Positions 13,601 through 24,041 of a stretch of 64,000 nucleotides of DNA are shown piece by piece. Both the position numbers and the translations under genes were made by a program. This DNA comes from Euglena gracilis (taxonomy: Eukaryota): the NCBI GenBank assembly GCA_039621445.1, contig CP154954.1, positions 44,495,847-44,559,846 on the forward strand, in the 5' to 3' direction. Under the pieces are notes generated by a model. That model was not told the DNA's origin and searched no databases. It saw only the letters and a program-made list of their open reading frames with translations. Position 1 is the stretch's first letter, and each line of letters begins with the position of its first letter.

Positions 13601-16600
13601 GCCAATTTTTTTGCAGTTTTCAGAAATTTTGTGAATGATTGCCGGTCGATTTTGGGGTGGTAAAAATGGCCATGTCCAGGTAGGAAGTGTCCTTACACCC
13701 CCCCTTTGAATGGATGGGGGTCTGGACCCCCACCTATCCTTACATCGAGCCCAAAATCTCCCACATGAAGCCAATCAGAAATAAATGACGCATGTGTTTC
13801 GTCATCTGTTCAGCCCAGAGTTTTTTTTTTAAGTTTTGTGAGCCTGGTGGGGGTGGGTGGTTGGGTGGGTCCCGGTCGAGCCCCCCCCACCCCGGGGGGG
13901 GGGGGGTCGGGCTGAGTCAGGTACCCTGCCAGAGGCAAGGTTTTGCTCCATTTTTGGCGCGAAGCATCGAATATATTTTGGATGGTTGGGTGGGTGGATC
14001 CGGACCCTTTTCTGTCCTAGAGCACATGGCGCGGGAGTTGGCGTTGCCGACCATGAAATGGCACAAGTGAGCTCTCATAGTCTGCTAGGTGATAGGTGAT
14101 GGGTTTGATCCCCTCATGTGCATTGGACAGGTCTTTGGGATCGCTGGGTGTCCTGTAAAGGCCAATATAATGACGATGCACAGCAAAAAATGTAAAACAT
14201 TTGCATTGGAACCCTATGCCTTGATGGAACATCATCAGTTACTGCAGGACGTGGGAGGTGCCACTGCTGCCCCTCCCACGGCAACCTGGCGGGGGGGGGG
14301 GGTCCGGATCCGAACCATACCACTGGTTAGCGACTGCTGGGGGGAGGGGGGAGGGGGTCACTTTCAACGTTCAAAAAAACCAGTCAGTAACTATTCAAAA
14401 ACCAGTAACCCACTTCCCCGGGGGGGGGGTCAGTCAATTTGGCCACTTTGGCTCAAAATCAATTGATTTTGGCGAAAATCCCAAGAAATGTTCTGGCGTC
14501 TTCAGCGAATCCTTGGCCTTCGGCGGACATTTTCGGCAAATCCTGGCCGACTCCAACAATCCCAATCCAATACCCATGATAAGGCATTGGTATCAGGCAA
14601 TGGTATGATCCGGATCCTGTTTCCCAGTCAAAAGCGGGGCGTGGGGCACCCTTCACCTAAAGCCGGTGCAGCCTCATCATGTTCAACCATGGGGTCTGGG
14701 TTCAGCGGAAAGGTCCAGCCTGGGGGCGGTACATGACCGTGCTGTTTGTGAAGTGTTCCCAGAACAGGTCCCGGCGGCCGGCAAAGTCCATCCGGCTGGC
14801 GCAGAAGCTCCACTTCTTGCCCCCAGGGCAGCCCCCAGCCTCAACCCCCAAGGCAAGAGTTAAAAAAAAATACCCCTGGAGGCTGAAGACCTTGTGACTT
14901 TTTGCTGTGGCTTGAATGGCACACAGCAAGCGCTGGTTCACCCTTGGGGGAAAACCCCAGCTGGATTGCACACCGGCGAACGGGGGAATGGAGCTTGGTT
15001 GCAGGATCAAGGAAACCCTCTCAGAGCAACTTGTCGGAAGACAGCAGATCTGGAGCAGGAAAGGCTCCACAGCCCAGGTTGCAAACAGCTGGAGACCTCC
15101 CTGCCTGACGTGGGGACTTTGTGTCGGCTTCGTTTTTATTACATTGTTATTATCACTCACAATGCATTGATATCTTAATCACCTTCTTTGGAAGGATGAT
15201 GTGAACACCTCTCGTTTGGCGCGGGTGCATGCTTGCGTTAATCAGACAATCGGCACTCTTGGCATGTGAGAGGGCTGCCCTTGCCACCAGGCACATACTC
15301 GCGAGGGAAGATGGTGCACATGCCGCCGACGCGGTTCGCTACGCCCGCCATCCAGGGGAGCATCACCCGCTTTGGGGAATGGGCTGACCTCCACTTAGCA
15401 AGGGCATCAAAGAAAACTGTCTCATACCCCCCCAGGAAACTGTCACCAGACAAGTCAGTGAGCACAGAGGCAGGAGACCGGTCCCTATCAGGGCAGGGCA
15501 ACCAATATTGTACCAGAGGCCAATTTCTGGGGGATCCAGGGCAGAGAGATAAAATGACTTTTTGGACTCTCCAGCTGCCGAATATCCGAAAATGCACTTT
15601 TTCTTGAATCCATTTCTTCCGAAGATGCAGTTTTTTTCCCACATGTTTTGATCAGGTGCCAGATAAACTTGGAAAGCATTTTTTTTCAATTCGAAAAATA
15701 ACCTCTTCGTCACAAAAAAATGTAAAAATCCGAAAAAAGCAATAGGAAAAAAGAAATAGGAAATGGGAAATGGCCAACAGGTGCAAAGGGTGGGCAGATT
15801 TCGATGAAGACAGGTCAACAGTCCTCGTCACATGTGGTGACAAACGGCCTGCGGCGTAGGGATGTATGGGAAGCGGGGGGGGGGGTGTTCCACATGAAAA
15901 ATGTAAAACATAACAAATATTAGGCTCCATATTGTTCTACCGCTAGACACATTTTGATCCGTCTGATAGCAGCACAGATCTGAAGTTTTTTATGCCACAA
16001 TCGTCGCCTAATTTACCATCACATCACGTTGTCCAAATGATGGAGAGGCGGTCCCCTTCAAACAGGTATACAGTAACCGGCAGTTACAGGCAGCACGTAC
16101 ACACCAAAACCCATCGTTGCAACAGCCAGGGTGTGCATCGTTGCAACAACCCACCTGTTTTTACAGACAACAACACCAATCTGTCGTTCCAGATGTTTCA
16201 CACAGCTCGTTAGGATGATAATATGAGAACTTTGTGTTTCCTAACCTGTATTGTGAGGCGTGAACCTCACATATTGCTGTTTCACCAGGCGCAGTCGGCG
16301 CTACAAGAATATTGTAAAAAAAAAATGTCGATTTGCGCAATTTCGCACATCGACAAAGAAAAAAACTTTCGCCATTTTTGGAACTTGCTGAGGGGGGTCT
16401 GGACAAACCCTCCAAAAAGGGGGGAGGTTCCAGGTCCCCCCTGCCACCGTACCCGGGGGGTTAGGGCCCCGCCCTACCACCTAAATCAATAATGCCAGGC
16501 TTCCCATCTATCCCTTGGGGCAAGCTGGGAGGCATCCGCTTTTCATTTCTCATGCACTGCACAGAGGCTGGGCAGGGGTATGGTCGACTGGGCTGGAGGC

Positions 16601-19168
16601 GGGGGGGGGGGTCAGAGCGGCCCAGCCCAGGCAGGTCCGGCTCCATCACGGCACCGGACAGGTCCCCTTCCCGGTGCCGCAGCCAGGCGTCCCGGGCAGG
16701 GGGCGGGGCACGGAAACCAACCAGAAGGCTGGGGCGGGGGGCGGGGGGGCACCACCCTGGGGCCAACCCCAGCCCCTGGGCCATGTAGTTGACCCAGTAA
16801 TCCGCCTCGTCCAGGGCGGCCTGGACGCGGAGGGCCAGCACGTGGAAGTGCTGCGCCGACACCTCCGCCAGCAGGTCGTACCCCAGCGCCTGCGTCTTGA
16901 CGGCACTCACCGCTGCCGCCGGGGGCCCCATTGGCCGATGGCCGGTCCCCCCATTTGTTCCGCACCGCGAGCGACCGCAGGTTCGGCCGCCACCCGGACC
17001 GCGGTCGGATTTCGCCCCTGAGCCAGACCAATCAATGGTCGCTGGGTTTGCTCATGAGGGACTTTGGGTTTGACGACCAGGCAGACCGGGCAGACTCCAA
17101 ACGAGGCTCCAGGACACAGAAACTGTGGGGACGTATCAGACGGGTGGATTTCAATTTGCACGACAGAAAACAGAGAAAGCGATACCTTGAAAATAACACA
17201 CACAACGCAGTAGAGCATTACATGCATGTCAAAGTTATGTGGTGCGTGACGTTTCCTGTCTCCTTTGCGCGTACCATTTTCACTCATTTTCAACCAATTC
17301 TTTGGATGTGCAATAAAATTGTGAAAATACATTCAGCGGTGCCCTTCCTTGCGGTTCTACAACGGACGAAGCCAGCTGGCCCCCGGGCATCACTGGGGAG
17401 GTGCTGCAGACGCTGATGAAGATGGCGAGCAAGCACGTCAGCAGCAGAACGGGGATCAGCAGCAGGCGCTGGCGGTGCCGCGCCTCAGGAACAAGCAGGG
17501 GGAAGTGAGTTGCCAGCGACACAGGAGAGGGGTGGGGGAGGCAGAGACCCACTTTTGCAATTTCATTTTTAGGTCTCAGAGAAATTGGGCACTTTCTGCC
17601 AACAGTTAGGGGTATAACCCACCCGTCTTCCATGGGTGCCACTCGTCCCAACCCCACAGTCCGGTCGGACCCCCCTCCAAACCTAAAAACATCTCTGATT
17701 GGAATTGGCCGCACTGCGAACCACTGTCAGCGCTCGCTTGACACCGAAATTGGTTTGCTGACCACGTCGTGAATGTGTTCTCAGGCAGCCAAGGGAACAC
17801 AACAAAATGCATGGGTTTTAGGGTCAAAATTCAGCAAAACATCTCTTTTGCACTTCTTTGGGGCTAGAGGACATTAAATATTCCCGTCTGAGCCTGAATG
17901 GGCTGAGCTGGCTCCAACTTTACTTCAGCGGACCGGGGGTTGTATAGCCCCGATTGGCTGGCCCTCCCAACAAGGTAAGAAAAACCCCCGAAGAAAGCTT
18001 GAGGAAAATCCGCCAAGTCCAATGTAAATACAAAAAGAGGCAGCAAAAGCGTTCTCCATCGCAACTGCACATTTGGGGGGAAATTTGCATCACTTCTTCA
18101 ATTCATTGTCATCCTTTCATTCACTGTCAACTGTAAATGTTGAATTGGCACGTGTGGGGTGCGCCTGGACAGTGGCACTTGGCGAGACGGTGGGATAGAG
18201 CCAGGGTTGCAAGGTTTGTTGAATGCGCAGCCGGTTGGGAACAGGAGTTTCACAGACATGCTTTTTGCTGGTGGCCCGGGTTGGGGTTGTGTGTGCATTT
18301 TGAGAATCAGGATACGAGTGCCAAGAACTGATTCTCTTTGCCAACGTCAGCACAAGCAATACGGACAAGGCCCTCATCTCTTCTACACAACCGAGGAGGT
18401 GCCGTCTGCTGTTCGGCGTTGTCTCCCTTCATCGAGAACCCAAGGGGAGGGTTCATTTCGGGCCTGACCAGGGTTTGAAATGAAGCACGGATCCTCCTAT
18501 GGTGACCCCCACCTAAACAGTGGCCTGGCAACAGTGGCACACCGCGCGCCAAGCCGAACCTTTTTGCCTCCCCCAAAACGATGTCAAAAAGGCTAAAAAT
18601 TTAGCGGCGCTAAGAGGGTCCCGACCCCCACCTCCCAAAGAGGTGGCAGGCAAAGAGATGGGAGGAGTTCTGGACCCTTCCCATGGTCAAGACAACTCAG
18701 AGAACTCTCCTGTAGTATTTTATTGGGTCACAAATGCCTTCATCAGGGACAGCTGACCCCCCCCCCACATCATCTGTCCATCGAGAGACTGCACCCCCCG
18801 CCAGGATATTATTTACAATTTATCCACCCCCAATGAACAACCGCCTTACCAGGGTCCCTTTGACAATGTCAACCGGATATCTGTGACAGCTCCCTCAACG
18901 CGCCAAACGACATTCAAAGACACATCGAGGTTGTGTTAGAGCATTCTCGAAGCCATTCCTGCTCAAGAAGTTCGTTTCCAGGATGGGCAGCTGGGGGGCG
19001 ACGGCCCCCAATGATTGCCGGCCTCTGCGGGAGCAGCGCCCGGGGTCCTGCGCAGCCCTGGGGCGGGGTCTGCCGCGTGACCGGACCGGACCACCAGGCA
19101 CCGCTCCCACAACGGTCCCCGGCGAGCCCCGGTCAGCCCGCCTGTCCAGGCTCGCTGGTTGAGGCCAT
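690..19168 (-). CDS. Membrane-bound class III adenylate cyclase (TM-Cache-like-TM-HAMP-cyclase); 16 exons in window, 3' end beyond the left edge
   Basis: Exons (minus): 19148-19168, 17389-17486, 16782-16914, 15286-15348, ~14726-14818, ~13120-13239, 12104-~12200, 11593-11709, 9646-9815, 9152-9206, 4588-4717, 3843-3966, 3132-3206, 1888-1958, 1217-1302, ~690-823. They splice in frame: MASTSEP|EARHRQRLLLIPVLLLTCLLAIFISV (TM1) ... YLVDDRGTLIAAT (Cache-like) ... VALLVIISVTSLAAVALVAVLFT (TM2) ... PLRQVAWDM...ELSLMMESFAKM (HAMP) ... TVFFLDIENFT ... IDKYIGDCVMAFWNAP (cyclase). Junctions near 14726, 13120/12200 and 690 are uncertain. Confidence 0.9.
1217..1302 (-). CDS. Cyclase exon 15 (LVESIGAFFEELSSIIVRRRGVIDKYIG)
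   Basis: Class III cyclase motif; acceptor CTGggccc|AG, donor GGC|ggcCAG. Confidence 0.9.
1888..1958 (-). CDS. Cyclase exon 14 (TAATVFFLDIENFTNLTESTDAA)
   Basis: First catalytic motif F-x-D-I-x-x-F-T; donor C|agtCAG. Confidence 0.9.
2038..2963. mobile_element. TA-flanked non-autonomous Tc1/pogo-type element
   Basis: TIR CCCCCCCCTATGTCCAACGACC / GGTCGTTGGACATAGGGGGGGG with TA on both sides; internal GCGGTGCCGGCACCGC-type palindromes. Confidence 0.7.
3132..3206 (-). CDS. Cyclase exon 13 (TRFLPVEVLQPCLKSGTPVGFSMVP)
   Basis: Pre-catalytic R-F/Y-L/V-P linker. Not in the ORF track; in frame with both neighbours (boundaries +/-1). Confidence 0.8.
3843..3966 (-). CDS. Cyclase exon 12 (HAMP: DMHRCVELD...RELSLMMESFAKMRVMLDTV)
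   Basis: HAMP helix 2 pattern; upstream intron ends pair AAAGGGG/CCCCTTT. Confidence 0.85.
4588..4717 (-). CDS. Cyclase exon 11 (TM2 and HAMP start)
   Basis: Hydrophobic run VALLVIISVTSLAAVALVAVLF followed by IASPLRQVA. Confidence 0.85.
5214..8872. mobile_element. 3659-bp non-autonomous TIR element with 5-bp TSD
   Basis: Perfect 28-bp TIR CTTAGACGGCCGTAAAGGCACTTAAGGG; AGCAA at 5209-5213 and 8873-8877; lies inside cyclase intron 4718-9151. Confidence 0.9.
9152..9206 (-). CDS. Cyclase exon 10 (SRGDVTPYYLVLATPHSS)
   Basis: Found from frame and intron-end pairing: 11-bp stem with the 4718 acceptor; CAGGGG/CCCCTG with the 9645 donor. Confidence 0.7.
9646..9815 (-). CDS. Cyclase exon 9 (THRAGQLVAAAGSDC...FLISWQRVVT)
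   Basis: High GC3; acceptor CTGgcgcc|ACC, donor AC|gccCAG. Confidence 0.8.
11593..11709 (-). CDS. Cyclase exon 8 (DWAALL...AYLVDDRGTLIAATCGA)
   Basis: Cache-type YLVDxxG-x-LIA motif; donor GCC|gggCAG. Confidence 0.85.
11775..12052. mobile_element. hAT-like MITE (CAGGG...CCCTG, 8-bp TSD)
   Basis: Flanks GCTGTGGG / GCTGTGTG (7/8); imperfect TIR. Confidence 0.75.
12104..12200 (-). CDS. Cyclase exon 7 (IPLTFTEVGQYRMTRVDGLPVIHFVWMQDV)
   Basis: High GC3; donor GTG|ggcCAG; 5' boundary uncertain. Confidence 0.75.
12244..13026. mobile_element. MITE-like element with CCTAATTT internal repeats
   Basis: TIR ATGGGGGAGCAC / GTGCTCCCCCAT; subterminal ACGGCTGGCCG repeats. The same CCTAATTT repeats occur inverted at ~29550-29720. 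Confidence 0.55.
13120..13239 (-). CDS. Cyclase exon 6 (ATLETWDAP...EWLEPWLWQEDRPDG)
   Basis: Cache-type W-x-E-P-aromatic motif; acceptor CTGccgcc|G; 3' boundary uncertain. Confidence 0.75.
14726..14818 (-). CDS. Cyclase exon 5 (KKWSFCASRMDFAGRRDLFWEHFTNSTVM)
   Basis: High GC3; upstream intron ends pair AGGGCAGCCC/GGGCTGCCCT. Confidence 0.75.
15286..15348 (-). CDS. Cyclase exon 4 (AGVANRVGGMCTIFPREYVPG)
   Basis: 63 nt, in frame with both neighbours, paired intron ends. Confidence 0.7.
16782..16914 (-). CDS. Cyclase exon 3 (AVSAVKTQALGYDLLAEVS...YWVNYM)
   Basis: High GC3; acceptor CCGgcggc|A pairs with donor AT|gccCGG. Confidence 0.85.
17389..17486 (-). CDS. Cyclase exon 2 (TM1)
   Basis: EARHRQRLLLIPVLLLTCLLAIFISVCSTSPV. 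Confidence 0.85.
19148..19168 (-). CDS. Cyclase exon 1 (MASTSEP)
   Basis: acaATGG start; donor CCT|ggaCAGGCGGG forms an 8-bp stem with the 17487 acceptor; reading through hits TGA. Confidence 0.65.
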
Positions 19169-19191
19169 TGTTGCCCCGCCCGCCAACAATC

Positions 19192-19215
19192 CTGGCGCGG
19201 AGGGACGGAAACTGC
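19192..19215 (-). promoter_or_regulatory. Putative spliced-leader trans-splice acceptor
   Basis: Pyrimidine tract TTTCCGTCCCTCCGCGCC followed by AG, 23 nt before the proposed ATG. SL trans-splicing is established for euglenozoans; this particular site is inferred. Confidence 0.5.
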
Positions 19216-22200
19216 CGGCGAAAGCGTCACCCGGCCGGCGGGACCGAAGGAACCTCAAAAGGCAGCACAGGCCTAGCCCGCGCGTTGTCTGCCCACCCGG
19301 AAAACGCCCCAATTTCGCCCAATTTTTCCGATTTTGCCATGAAAAAAAATCCCGGGAAATTTGTGGGTCCCAGGGTGTTCCGGGATATTCTGGGATTATT
19401 TTACCCTGCCGATACCTTACGGGTTCCTGTGAACGTTTGGGTGCCCGAAAAAAAGGTTAAGCAGTGAAGGTGGCTTACGGTTTTACGTAAACGTGCGAAA
19501 ATAGAAGTTTACGGAAAACCGTGTTCCTGAACTTGTTTACTGTCTGCCGTAGACCTGTGCTGCACCCCTCTTGTTTGTGAATGGGGCCCAAACCTTGTCC
19601 CCAACCCCTAAAGCTGTGGTTGTGGCCATTTTGACCAAGCCCCTATCCCATATGTCCGATGCAGCGACCGAATATGTTCACGTGTTTCCGTAAACTTGCT
19701 ATTTAAAATTATTTGCCGTTATCAATGCATCCCTTCCTGGTACAGTCCCTGCGTTCTGTGGGAACAGTGCTGGAACAAGGCACGCTTTGTCCATATCAGT
19801 GTGGTGTTGGTGCCAAGCTGTGGAGGTGTTCCCCACAAACACTGGCTGGGGTTGCTTGTGGGGCGGTGGTCCCCCCTCTCACCAGGCGCACTTGCGACTG
19901 AATGAAATGATGTTCACGGTTTCCCGTAAACTTGGCACAGGTTTGGAGAACAGAATTAACTCTGGGCAAAGAAACCATGTTACTGTTGATGAGCCCAGTT
20001 GCCATAGACCGACCGGCTACAACCACCTCGACACACCTTGGACTGGGTAACAGGTGCCCTCCATTCCCCCGACTTCCCCCGATGCCTCCCAAGAAAGGTT
20101 CCTCAACAACACCCCAGACTGAGCTTTTTAAGGGCTCACTGCAGGGGGTCGCACCTGCTTCCTCACCACTTGTTGGGACTCAGCAGCTCCATCCCGACAT
20201 CAAGATACCCCCCATCTTTGGAATCCAATGTGGTTTCCCTTCAAACTCCCCCACTTACTGAAAATGTTCTGGAAAAATATTTTTATCCATTTGTGCATTC
20301 CATTTCAACATTACAGAGAACTGCCCTCAAAAACACATTTCGCTCTTCAATTTTGAAGAGCTCGGCAAAAGAGGCTGAGTTATGCTGAACGCAAAACTGT
20401 GGAGCTTAAAGTACGTTTTTAGAATTCCATCCGTTGTTGCTTTTGCAATTGGGGGAAAAATTCACCGAAAAAAAGAGGCAACTGGAAATCATCAGAGCGA
20501 ACACCACTCAGAGCAACCGCCTCTCAGGATTGTCACTGACAACCGTCAAAAAAATCAAAAAAATTTGGCCGCTTTCAGCAGGTCAAAATATAGCCTTTTT
20601 TGCAGCATCCTTTGCCAATACGTTTCGAAGGTTAGCAGGTCATTTCATAGGGAGCTTCTTTTGATGACTGTCAAATGATCCTTGGACTCTCTCCTCTATC
20701 TTCAGATCACAGTCCACCGTGAGAGATCGGATGAGAGACACGAGAGACTTGCCTGAAAAAAGGTGAAAAAAATCCAACGACCACAACTTCCTTTGTCTGC
20801 TGTGCAAGATTACTTGAAGATCACTTGGATGAGTGAGCACCAGCTGGTGGTTTGCCCCTCCAATTCTAGGCCCGAGGCAACAATAGAGACCATCTTTATC
20901 ATTACAAATGCAAAAACACTGATATCGTGTTTACGCTTTCTCGGACAATTTCCTTCAACTGAGCACTGTTTACAGTTTCACATAAAACCCACTTTGTGCG
21001 TTGCTTACGGTTGTCTGCAAAGGAGGGGAACCTTTGCTCTTTCGGTCAAACAGGCTGGTGGGGTGAGATCCGATGACCTTCCCCCTCCCACTCCACAGGT
21101 CCTGAACGCAGCAGACGTTCTGGTTCTTATCAGGAGATGGGTTGCAGCAAATGGATTAACACGGTGGCACCGAGCAGTGTGATTCACACAGGGGGTAGCG
21201 AGTCGGAACCCTCGCCAAAACCACTCTCCTGACGGAATGTGTCCTTCCCCCTCTGGGAGACCCCCTATCTGGCAGTTTAGGTGGCTCGGAAAGTTTGTTT
21301 CAAACCAGCTTGGGGCCCGGAAAGAAAAAATATGGGGCATTCTGTCGTCTGCTGTTGACTCCGCTCCCAGGAGTTGAGTGGTGAAAACGACATAAACTCC
21401 TCCGGAGCACCCGCACAGCAACGGTATCCTCCCCTTCAGCTGTTGGAACTCTTCCGCTCCTGTGTAATGCCCTACCAGTCCAGGAGGCAAGGGGCGAGCA
21501 CTGGGGGGTGTCCAGCTGCTTGACAGCCATCAGGGGAACCAAAACGAGAGACACCTCATCCCCTTGTTAACACGGCTTATTTGCATACTTCAAACAAAAT
21601 TTACGCAAAACCGGAAACATCATTAACTTTACGGTTTCCTGTAAAACTTCTTTTTGAAAGTTATACACTCACACCCTGCCCAGGAGAAAGAAGGGGTTCC
21701 ATTTTTGCAAAAGGGGCTCAAAAGGCCAAATCGGGAAAACTGTTTTTACTGGTTTTGCAGGCATTTAGCCAGGCAACCGCTGTTCAGGAGTTATCAGGCC
21801 CTTTTGGGGACAAACACAAAATTTCGGACAGAGTCTCTGCTGGGGGGTGGCAGTCAATTTCAGCCGGCACCCCCAAAAAAAATCTCGGGGAAAAAAATGT
21901 GGACACAGGGGACTCGACACAAAAGGGCGAAAAATCCTGATACAGCAAAAAGCCCAAAGTACCCAAAACGGGATCAAAAGGGTCGTTTTTATCGAGGTGG
22001 AAACCAACCCAGAAAATTTCTGGGAAATTTTTGGAGTAAAACTTAAAGGGAACCCGTGACCCTTTAAGTGAAAAAAACGACGAAAAAAAAAGTGGGCAGA
22101 CAACGCGAGCTAGGACAGGGGGCTGCAAGCGCAAGGTCCGGAAAAAAACAGAAGCTTGCCCCTACCAGCCTGAGGTTCATTGAACTTTGGTGGCTGTGAA

Positions 22201-22329
22201 AGCACTCAAATTTATTTCTCTCTGCAGTATGACTGTGAATATGACTCTGGATGGCAGCTAGCACCTTTTTTTCCAGCCAGACCCCCCCCCTTAGGGGGGT
22301 CCTTAAAAAACCCCTGTCCCTGGCCCTCC

Positions 22330-24041
22330 ACTGAAACGTGGCTGGGCCGTGTTGCCAGCGCCCCGTTGCAGGCCACCGCCCTCGCCCTGGAGCTCGCCTG
22401 GGCCGCCCAGGTCCTGCCCCCCGAGGCCCAGGCCGACCTTCGACCGGGGCCTTGCTGAATGTCATCAACAAACGTACACCCCTCAAGAAGAGTATCAATA
22501 ATAAATAGTGGTTGCATTGAGAGGATTGAAAGGTGTTGTGAACAGGGCGTTAAAGACCCCCCGCCCCTGGGGTGCAGGTCAGAAAGGTTGGCTGGCTGTC
22601 TGGAAAAAGGCTGCTGACTTACCCCCCCCCCCTTCTCGATGGGGTCCCTGGCCGTAACTGGGCCTGACTGGGGGTCGAAACAAATACCAAAAAATCAAAA
22701 CTGCAAAAATGCAAAAAATAATAATGCCAATTATGCAAAAAAAATTCCGACCCCTTTTTTTGCCCAGTTTAGGTCCTTTTTGCACATCCGACAGGGTTAC
22801 CGCATGGCCGCCTTTGGGCAGCCAGAAAAAAAAATAAACTTGTGTGGGGCTGGAAAAAGGCTTCTGGCTGGACCAAATTCTCTTTCGCAACGCCCACACA
22901 CCCACAGAATGCATTTCTAACTTCCATGTCCTTTTTGATCAGGATAATTTCATGACAGCGAAGGACGATCGTGAGTTGGATGTCCTTTGGATTTGGCCTT
23001 GGTGCTGGATGGTTGTGTCCTAGTAACCCCCCCCCCAAAAATAAGACCCGGGTCTTATTTTTGGGTCCGTTGCTGGAAGCCTCCAGGGGGGTCTTATTTT
23101 GGGGGGGTTATTTTTGGATTTTTTCTTGACCGACCGGGCCCGAAAAAGCACCATTTTTCAGGTTCCCAAGACTGCTAAAATTTTTCCTTCGGCGCTTCGC
23201 GTCATGTGTAAATTGGTGTAATTTGACATTTAAGATGTTTTTTGCACTTCAAGAATCTGAAATTTTTTGAAATTTCATCATTTTTGTGTTCGAAATTGGG
23301 GTTTTTGGTAATTTTTCAGGGAAAAATTCACCGTCTTCGCGCCGTCAAGGGGGGTCTTATTTATGGGGGGGTCTTACTTTTGGATTTTTGCTTGATCGGC
23401 CCAGGGGGGGGGTCTTCTTTTGGGGGGGGTCTTATTTTGGGGGAGGGGTCTTATATTGGGGGGGGGGGGTTACTCTCTCCTGGGAATGGTTCAGAGTGAC
23501 GATCATGCTGAACTTAATGTATCTGATGATTTATATCCTTTAAAATCAGGGTTGGTGAGTGGGTGGGTGGTGGGCGGGCGGATGGGTGCGTTCGTACGTG
23601 CACGCATCCATCATGCGTGCATTGCTGCCAGCATTTCGTCCCCAAAACAAGTGCGGCAAGCTGCAACGAGGATTTGGTAGGAACCACCTTTTGTTTTGGA
23701 CATGCTCCTATGCGGCTTCCGGGAAGCGATTGAAATGGTCCCCGGCACACTTTGGGAGCCGCCCCCCATCCCGGCAGGAGAGGCAGCGCTGGACGGTGAC
23801 CGGGGCTCGGGCGGGGCGGGGCGGAGAGGGTGAGCTGCTCGCCGAAGCCCGGCGGGGGCCGGTCGTTGGGCCCGACAGCCTGCAGGGTGATGGCGTGGGC
23901 GGAGGCGGCGGAGGCAGGGCGGCACCAGGAAGGCCTGGGGGGGGTCGACCCCCCACCCACCCCCCATGTGGGGTTGCAGGGAGTCCCGTCCAGCCCTGGG
24001 CGAAGGAGGAGCGCAGCGTGGGGGAGAACCACGGCATAAGC
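22330..24041 (-). other. Spliced GC-rich segments (24002-24041, 23749-23920, ~22330-22438); coding or UTR unresolved
   Basis: Nonconventional junctions C|gccCAG...CTGgtgcc|G and GT|gtgCCG...CGGtcgaa|G keep one frame open (AYAVVLPHAALLLRPASAASAHAITLQ...). No recognisable domain. Confidence 0.35.
23026..23470. mobile_element. TA-flanked pogo-type MITE
   Basis: TA-ACCCCC...GGGGGT-TA ends; repeated GGGTCTTATTTT motif. Confidence 0.65.
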
